6,004 bases of DNA from contig NZ_JHXR01000050.1 of the NCBI RefSeq assembly GCF_000621645.1, positions 1-6,004 of the forward strand, written 5' to 3'. Source of the DNA: Vibrio cholerae ATCC 14035. Lineage in GTDB: Bacteria; Pseudomonadota; Gammaproteobacteria; Enterobacterales; Vibrionaceae. The notes below the pieces were generated by a model that was not told the origin of the DNA, searched no databases, and worked only from the letters and a program-made list of their open reading frames with translations. Shown here piece by piece: positions 1-4,603 of the stretch. A program made the translations under genes and the position numbers. Within the stretch, counting starts at the first letter, position 1. Each line of letters starts with the position of its first letter.

Positions 1-97
1 CGCGTGGCGTTTCCAGTCCCATTGAGCCGCGGTGGTTACGGTTGGTGTGTTTGAGTTTTGTGTTATGCGTTGTCAGCCCCTTAGGCGGGCGTTAGCC
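1..97 (+). repeat. VCR-type attC, 3' part only (truncated by window start)
   Basis: Matches the distal ~97 nt of the other VCR copies (cgcgtggcgtttccagtccc...gccccttaggcgggcgtta). R' core GTTAGCC at 91-97. Confidence 0.95.
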
Positions 98-120
98 GTT
101 TGAAAACTTGCTATGCTCAG

Positions 121-140
121 AGTGATAGAATAGTATCACT
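121..140 (+). promoter_or_regulatory. Putative TA promoter (extended -10) overlapped by a palindromic operator
   Basis: TGATAGAAT at 123-131 fits the extended -10 pattern TGnTAnAAT. No well-spaced -35 (TTGAAA 99-104 is 21 nt away). Perfect inverted repeat AGTGATA (121-127) / TATCACT (134-140), plus a further half-site-like AGTGTT at 143-148. It lies ~25 nt upstream of the antitoxin RBS GGAG (154-157). Confidence 0.5.
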
Positions 141-165
141 TCAGTGTTTCTTTGGAGCAGCTCAA

Positions 166-423
166 ATGAAAGTAGAACTTGTGACGTCACTAAAACGTCA
201 GGCCACTAAGATCCTTGCCGATCTTCATGATACGAAAGAGCCAGTATTGATAACTGAGCACGGAAAACCGTCAGCTTACCTTATTGATGTAGACGACTAT
301 GAATTTATGCAAAATCGTTTAGCGATCCTGGAAGGTATTGCTCGTGGAGAGCGAGCTCTAGCGGATGGCAAAGTGGTCAGCCATCAAGATGCTAAGGACA
401 GAATGTCAAAATGGCTGAAATAA
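166..423 (+). CDS. Type II antitoxin, Phd/YefM (StbD/RelB-like) family, 85 aa
   Basis: MKVELVTSLKRQATKILADLHDTKEPVLITEHGKPSAYLIDVDDYEFM... is a typical Phd/YefM N-terminal domain. ATG 166 is preceded by GGAG with an 8-nt spacer; the tracked start at 100 is an in-frame upstream extension. It overlaps the downstream toxin gene by 13 nt. Confidence 0.88.
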   Translation: MKVELVTSLKRQATKILADLHDTKEPVLITEHGKPSAYLIDVDDYEFMQNRLAILEGIARGERALADGKVVSHQDAKDRMSKWLK

Positions 424-713
424 TTTGGACGGAGCCGGCTCTATCCGACCTGAATGATATTGCTGAATACATCGCGCTTGAAAATGTCGTGGCTGCTAAA
501 CAACTCGTGCAAACCGTTTTTACAAAAGTTGAACGTTTGGCCGATTTTCCAGAGTCTGGGCGCGTCCCTTTAGAACTAGAACACCTCAATTATCGTGAAG
601 TCGTTGTAAATCCGTGTCGTGTTTTCTATAAGTATGATGATGCAAAGGTTCGTATTCTTTTTGTTATGCGTGCGGAGCGAGATTTGCGTCGGTTAATGCT
701 TACGAAACAGTAG
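411..713 (+). CDS. Type II toxin, RelE/ParE superfamily (ParE-like N-terminus), 100 aa
   Basis: IIWTEPALSDLNDIAEYIA...FPESGR...YREVVVNPCRVFYKYDDAKVRILFVMRAERD is the characteristic RelE/ParE 'plasmid stabilisation' pattern. It is translationally overlapped with the upstream antitoxin, the canonical antitoxin-toxin order. Confidence 0.88.
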   Translation: MAEIIWTEPALSDLNDIAEYIALENVVAAKQLVQTVFTKVERLADFPESGRVPLELEHLNYREVVVNPCRVFYKYDDAKVRILFVMRAERDLRRLMLTKQ

Positions 714-727
714 GTTTGGAAAAAAAC

Positions 728-855
728 GGCTAACAAACGCCTCAAGAGGGACTGTCAACGCGCGGCGTTTCCAGTCCCAATGAGCCGCGGTGGTTTCGGT
801 TGTTGTGTTTGAGTTTAGTGTTATGCGTTGTCAGCCCCTTAGGCGGGCGTTAGTG
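728..855 (+). repeat. VCR-type attC (closes TA cassette)
   Basis: TAACAAACGCCTCAAGAGGGACTGTCAACGCG from 731. R' core GTTAGTG at 849-855. Confidence 0.95.
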
Positions 856-874
856 TGATTAAGAGGAAAAACAT

Positions 875-1456
875 TTGAATATACCTCATGAAACGCAGTT
901 TTTCGGTAATTTGGTGGATTTGGATTGTTATGTACAAGACTTATTATTGATACTTGAGAAAACAGAAAGTATTGAGCTTGGTAGTAATTCTGACGGTCTT
1001 ACTTGTGACTGTTTTCCTGACGTTACCCGAAAAAGCCATATTGTTACTGTGCTAATTGTTCTCGAACGGGAATTCTCTGCATTTTGTAATCAGCTCAAGC
1101 TAGCAACCGATCAGCCACTAAAGTGGAATGATCTAAAAGGTAGTGCTATTGAAAGATTTATTAAGTATTGCTCGTCAGTTTGTGGTGTTACCGCACCAGA
1201 AAATCCGTCAAATCTCCAAGATGTTAAAGGGTTAATCGAACTACGAAATTGTATCGTTCACAATGACTCTTGCATTGAGGGGTTTTCTAAAGCTACTGCA
1301 ATAAAACAATTAGCTTCCCGATACGACGGTATCGACATCAATGAAGGTTATATAACTCTTAGTCATGATGCTTGTATCAGGCTTACGGTTGTTGCTTTCA
1401 ACTTTTTAGAAAGCTGGTATCACTCAGTATTAAATCATTTAACTCCATCACACTAA
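875..1456 (+). CDS. HEPN-like domain protein (predicted RNase-type toxin/Abi-like effector), 193 aa, TTG start
   Basis: The ORF fills the cassette. It has no internal Met, so TTG 875 is the candidate start, preceded by AAGAGGA (861-867) with a 7-nt spacer. LIELRNCIVHND (R124-H129, nt 1244-1261) matches the HEPN Rx4-6H motif. The TAA stop (1454-1456) is the TAA of the attC R'' box. Confidence 0.62.
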   Translation: MNIPHETQFFGNLVDLDCYVQDLLLILEKTESIELGSNSDGLTCDCFPDVTRKSHIVTVLIVLEREFSAFCNQLKLATDQPLKWNDLKGSAIERFIKYCSSVCGVTAPENPSNLQDVKGLIELRNCIVHNDSCIEGFSKATAIKQLASRYDGIDINEGYITLSHDACIRLTVVAFNFLESWYHSVLNHLTPSH

Positions 1457-1576
1457 CAAACGGTTCAAGAGGGACAGCCAACGCGTGGCATTTTCACTAT
1501 GCGTTGGTTTTTGTGGTTACGGTGTTATGCGGAAGCTTGGTAGTGGCGTTGGCTGCCCCTTAACCGGGCGTTATGC
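1451..1576 (+). repeat. Divergent attC (not canonical VCR) closing the HEPN cassette
   Basis: Same length class and same termini (TAACAAAC... ...GGGCGTTATGC). The arms read CGGTTCAAGAGGGACAGCCAACGCG / GCGTTGGCTGCCCCTTAACCG instead of CGCCT...CTGTCAACGCG / GCGTTGCCAGCCCCTTAGGCG. The central region is largely different. R' core GTTATGC at 1570-1576. Confidence 0.88.
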
Positions 1577-1638
1577 TTAATCCATAAAAATCAGTAGGTT
1601 GTGGTTGTCGACTCCTTTGGTATTTCGTTCATGTTTTT

Positions 1639-1720
1639 TCGGCAATTCAATATTGTTTTTCGCTGCCTAATGAAGCGGCAATGTATCTGGCGCTGTAAAT
1701 TCTGAGTGATTGCCTCATTG
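1639..1720 (+). repeat. ~82-bp internal module, copy A1
   Basis: tcggcaattcaatattgtttttcgctgcctaatgaagcggcaatgtatctggcgctgtaaattctgagtgattgcctcattg is similar to 1806-1888, 4437-4518 and 4604-4686. Confidence 0.8.
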
Positions 1721-1805
1721 GGCTTTTGAGTCCACGCGAGGTGAGTTTTGCTCTCTCAAGTCGCTTTGAGCAGTTTGGTGCCTTTACTTATAGGCTTAAA
1801 GTTTG

Positions 1806-1888
1806 TCGGCAATTGAGCATTGTTTTGCGCTGCCTAATGAAACGGCAATGTGTCTGTCGCTGTAAATTTCAGTGTTATTACCTCATTG
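1806..1888 (+). repeat. ~83-bp internal module, copy A2
   Basis: tcggcaattgagcattgttttgcgctgcctaatgaaacggcaatgtgtctgtcgctgtaaatttcagtgttattacctcattg. It starts 167 nt after A1 starts. Confidence 0.8.
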
Positions 1889-2085
1889 AGTTGTTGTGCC
1901 AATGTGTGGTGAGTGAGTTTGTCGGAGAGGGTTTCAACATTAGCTGAGTTGATAGATGAAACTCTGCTTTGGTCAGTTCATAGGTAAAATTTGAGTCAGT
2001 TCTAACTCAAGGAAATTCGAAGTTTGGTTAATGATTTCAGTGGGTTACTCTTGAGTTGGTTCAAATGTAAAGTGTTGAAGCTTAA

Positions 2086-2213
2086 GCATAACAAACGCCT
2101 CAAGAGGGACTGTCAACGCGTGGCGTTTCCAGTCCCAATGAGCCGCGCTGGTTTCGGTTGTTGTGGTTGAGTTTAGTGTTATGCGTTGTCAGCCCTTTAG
2201 GCGGGCGTTATGT
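2086..2213 (+). repeat. VCR-type attC
   Basis: TAACAAACGCC from 2089. R' core GTTATGT at 2207-2213. Confidence 0.95.
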
Positions 2214-2262
2214 GAATTTGGTAATTCCTACCCAAAATGGAAATTGTAGAAAAGGAAAAAGA

Positions 2263-2649
2263 GTGAATAAAATAAGGAAAGAGCCTTTGTTGGCAGAGGT
2301 TGAACGTCGACTAGCGAAGCCTATTTTTGGTGAGCGTAATAAAAATTGTGTTGTTGTACGGCTAAATGATGACCTGACAGAAAAAAATAGTATTCAAGAA
2401 AGCACATTTAAGCTGAGAGCTCATGGTTTTAAAGCCAGTATTAGTAATGCTAGAGATTCTTCTTTTGTGGTATTAACGAATGCCAAAGGTGTTGCTTTAA
2501 TAGGGAGCATTGTTGATGTTGAGCCACATGAAGAGCTTGAAGGACGAATTAATATCTATTTCAGGGATCCTTGCCATATTGATTCCGATGAGTTGGCTAA
2601 ATTCGTAACTTGGAACAATAGCAACCCAGTTCGCACAATACGTCTGTAA
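2263..2649 (+). CDS. Hypothetical protein, ~128 aa, non-ATG start (start uncertain: GTG 2263 preferred, GTG 2212 possible)
   Basis: The tracked ORF starts at 2158, inside the VCR, and has no in-frame ATG downstream of it. GTG 2263 is preceded by AAGGA (2252-2256) with a 6-nt spacer. The ORF fills the cassette and ends 9 nt before the next attC R'' TAAC. I recognise no family motif. Confidence 0.6.
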   Translation: MNKIRKEPLLAEVERRLAKPIFGERNKNCVVVRLNDDLTEKNSIQESTFKLRAHGFKASISNARDSSFVVLTNAKGVALIGSIVDVEPHEELEGRINIYFRDPCHIDSDELAKFVTWNNSNPVRTIRL

Positions 2650-2655
2650 AAATTC

Positions 2656-2783
2656 ACATAACAAACGCCTCAAGAGGGACTGTCAACGCGTGGCGTTTCC
2701 AGTCCCATTGAGCCGCGGTGGTTACGGTTGTTGTGATTGAGTTTAGTGGTATGCGTTGCCAGCCCCTTAGGCGGGCGTTATAT
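2656..2783 (+). repeat. VCR-type attC
   Basis: TAACAAACGCC from 2659. R' core GTTATAT at 2777-2783. Confidence 0.95.
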
Positions 2784-2797
2784 GCTAGTGAGGCAAA

Positions 2798-3724
2798 ATG
2801 GATAGTTTGAACTCATTTCGTAATGTGACAGAAAGAGACATTGATCTCCTATTGATTGAAGAGTTACAAGTATCACCTAGCTTTGCAAATTGGTTTGTTT
2901 ACAAAGCTCTGGGAGAGGCTACCACTGTAAAATCACTCGGAGTGTGGCATTCAGTTTCTGACGCTACTTTGGGGGAGTCAGATCTTATTTTTAAATTCCA
3001 ATCTGACAATGGAGTTGTTGAAGGTCTTTTGATAGAAAATAAAATTGATGCAGACGCTCAACCTGAACAAGGTGAGAGATATCAGCTTCGAGGTCATAAA
3101 GGTAAAGAGCAAGGATATTGGGAAGATTTCAGAACATGCATATTAGCTCCTCTGGCCTATCTAGAAAGAAATATAGAGCCATATGACTGTGAAATTGCAT
3201 ATGAAGACATTATTGGCTACTTAAAGTCCAAGAATAGTGCACGTAGTAATTATCGTGCTAATGTCCTGACTTCTGCAGTTGAAAAGCAAAGAAGAGGATA
3301 TGTTTCATGCGTTTCTATAGCGATGACAGAATATGCCAGAAAGTATTTAGAGTACGTTTCTAAATATCATCCAGAGCTTCGGCCAGAAAAAAGTAAACCA
3401 AGAGCAGAAGGGCATACTTGGATTAATTTTTACCCTTTTGGTGTAGAGAAAAAGATGCCGATTGTTCATCAAATTTATGGTGATGCGGTGAAAATTATGT
3501 TTTTGGCTCAAGCAGAAAGGTATGAAGAGTTATCACTCATCTTCAACGATTTCAATGCCCATCCATTAGTGGTCAGGCAATCTGGAAAGTCAGTTATTGT
3601 CGAGGTCAAAGTCCCAAGCATAGACCCTATTATTGAAACGTTCGAAGCTTCATTTCCAGCAGTCCAAGAGGCTATCAAGGTTGCGCTGGATTTGTATGCT
3701 TATTGTGTTGAAAAACGCATATAA
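2798..3724 (+). CDS. PD-(D/E)xK nuclease superfamily protein (PDDEXK_4-like), 308 aa
   Basis: ATG 2798 with GAGG upstream. The N-terminal core reads ERDIDLLL ... GESD62LIFKF ... GLLIE80NK82IDADAQPEQGERY, i.e. D...ExK followed by the Q..RY helix typical of this nuclease family. The TAA stop (3722-3724) is the attC R'' TAA. Confidence 0.72.
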   Translation: MDSLNSFRNVTERDIDLLLIEELQVSPSFANWFVYKALGEATTVKSLGVWHSVSDATLGESDLIFKFQSDNGVVEGLLIENKIDADAQPEQGERYQLRGHKGKEQGYWEDFRTCILAPLAYLERNIEPYDCEIAYEDIIGYLKSKNSARSNYRANVLTSAVEKQRRGYVSCVSIAMTEYARKYLEYVSKYHPELRPEKSKPRAEGHTWINFYPFGVEKKMPIVHQIYGDAVKIMFLAQAERYEELSLIFNDFNAHPLVVRQSGKSVIVEVKVPSIDPIIETFEASFPAVQEAIKVALDLYAYCVEKRI

Positions 3725-3845
3725 CAAACGCCTCAAGAGGGACTGTCAACGCGCGGCGTTTCCAGTCCCATTGAGCCGCTGTGGTTGCAGTTGTTTGTTT
3801 GAGTTCAGTGTTATGCGTTGCCAGCCCCTTAGGCGGGCGTTATGA
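3719..3845 (+). repeat. VCR-type attC
   Basis: TAACAAACGCC from 3722. R' core GTTATGA at 3839-3845. Confidence 0.95.
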
Positions 3846-3863
3846 GGCTATAGGAAAACAAAG

Positions 3864-4250
3864 ATGAATCACGATGAGTTCAACCAATTTTGTCGTTCCT
3901 TTCCTGCTACTACATACGTGGTGCAATGGGGTGGCTCCCATGTTTGGAAAGTGGCGGGAAAAGTGTTTTCTATTGGCAGTATCGGCAAGGATCAGCACCC
4001 CGTTTTTACTTTCAAAACATCGGATTTGAACTTTGAGTATCTGAGTGAACACGATGGTTATATTCCCGCCCCTTACTTCGCCAACCGAGGTATGAAGTGG
4101 ATCCAACAAACGGAGACGTCAGGTGTATTAGACGAAGAGTTGAAGTATTACTTGTCTGAGTCCTACCGTCTTGTTGTGCTCGGGCTTAGTAAAAGGTTAC
4201 AGAAAGAGTTGGGAATTACGTCAAGAGCAGACGGTGAATCCGCCTCATAA
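3864..4250 (+). CDS. MmcQ/YjbR family (DUF419) DNA-binding-fold protein, 128 aa
   Basis: FCRSFPATTYVVQWGGSHVWKVAGKVFSIG...FTFKTS...YIPAPYFANRGMKWIQ...EELKYYLSESYRLVV matches the YjbR/MmcQ pattern as I recall it. AGGA (3852-3855) sits 8 nt upstream of the ATG. The TAA stop (4248-4250) is the attC R'' TAA. Confidence 0.8.
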   Translation: MNHDEFNQFCRSFPATTYVVQWGGSHVWKVAGKVFSIGSIGKDQHPVFTFKTSDLNFEYLSEHDGYIPAPYFANRGMKWIQQTETSGVLDEELKYYLSESYRLVVLGLSKRLQKELGITSRADGESAS

Positions 4251-4373
4251 CAAACGCCTCAAGAGGGACTGTCAACGCGTGGCGTTTCCAGTCCCATTGA
4301 GCCGCGGTGGTTGCAGTTGTTGTGTTTGAGTTTGGTGATAGTGCGTTGCCAGCCCCTTAGGCGGGCGTTATGC
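4245..4373 (+). repeat. VCR-type attC
   Basis: TAACAAACGCC from 4248. R' core GTTATGC at 4367-4373. Confidence 0.95.
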
Positions 4374-4436
4374 TTAATCCATAAAAAATCAGCAGGTTGT
4401 GATTGTCGATTCCTTTGGCATTTCGTTCTGGTTTTG

Positions 4437-4518
4437 TCGGCAATTCAATATTGTTTGTCGCTGTCTAATGAAGCAGCAATGTATCTGGTGCTAAAAATTC
4501 AGTGTTATTGCCTCATTG
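4437..4518 (+). repeat. ~82-bp internal module, copy B1
   Basis: tcggcaattcaatattgtttgtcgctgtctaatgaagcagcaatgtatctggtgctaaaaattcagtgttattgcctcattg. Confidence 0.8.
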
Positions 4519-4603
4519 CAATATTGAGTCTGCGCGGGGTGAATGTTGCTGGCTCAAGTCGTTTTGAGCCGTTTGGTGCCTTTACTTACAGGCTGAAAGT
4601 CAG

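Larger units (their letters stand above)
1577..2085 (+). other. ORF-less cassette body, copy A (paralog of 4374-4882)
   Basis: No ORF with RBS or coding character. It aligns end to end with 4374-4882 (high identity by eye, two offsetting 1-nt indels). Confidence 0.7.

Noticed and set aside
100-165. Upstream extension of the antitoxin ORF (tracked start at 100)
   Set aside because: The extension would begin at a non-ATG codon 3 nt after the attC core and would cover the predicted promoter and operator. ATG 166 with GGAG 8 nt upstream gives the normal ~85-aa Phd/YefM size.
392-589. 65-aa ORF on the minus strand
   Set aside because: It lies entirely antisense to the antitoxin/toxin genes, which have strong family signatures. 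It has an S/T/A/C-rich shadow-frame composition and no RBS.
728-855. VCR hairpins as Rho-independent terminators
   Set aside because: The imperfect palindromes could fold in RNA. However, none is followed by a U-tract, the stems are bulged, and the central regions are long. I would not annotate them as terminators, though partial attenuation of read-through is possible.
1372-1563. 63-aa + strand ORF
   Set aside because: It overlaps the 3' end of the HEPN ORF out of frame and then reads straight through the attC. There is no RBS. This is a typical VCR read-through artefact.
1639-1888. Type III toxin-antitoxin-like RNA repeats
   Set aside because: The modules are not tandem (167-nt offset, only two per cassette). 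They are longer than ToxI-type repeats, and no toxin ORF follows within the cassette.
1726-1947. 73-aa Cys-rich ORF in the ORF-less cassette
   Set aside because: It is not called as a CDS: TTG start, no SD, and odd composition. Similarity to the paralog continues past its stop, and the paralog has lost the stop. The substitution pattern is inconclusive. It is kept as an alternative hypothesis under the cassette finding.
2078-2087. Palindrome GCTTAAGC / AAGCTT just before the attC in both ORF-less cassettes (also 4877-4884)
   Set aside because: This is a short 8-bp palindrome conserved simply as part of the paralogous sequence. There is no independent evidence of function.
2158-2262. N-terminal 35 codons of the tracked 163-aa ORF
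   Set aside because: The start at 2158 and the first ~18 codons lie inside the VCR, and the same repeat sequence occurs upstream of unrelated cassettes. A start after the R' core is required for a cassette-borne gene.
3633-3845. 70-aa + strand ORF
   Set aside because: It overlaps the 3' end of the PD-(D/E)xK gene out of frame and then simply translates the VCR (NKRLKRDCQRAAFPVPLSRCG...), stopping at the R' core TGA.
3840-4109. 89-aa minus-strand ORF
   Set aside because: It is antisense to the well-supported YjbR/MmcQ-like gene, and its 3' end falls in the attC R' core (3840-3845). It has no RBS or motif.
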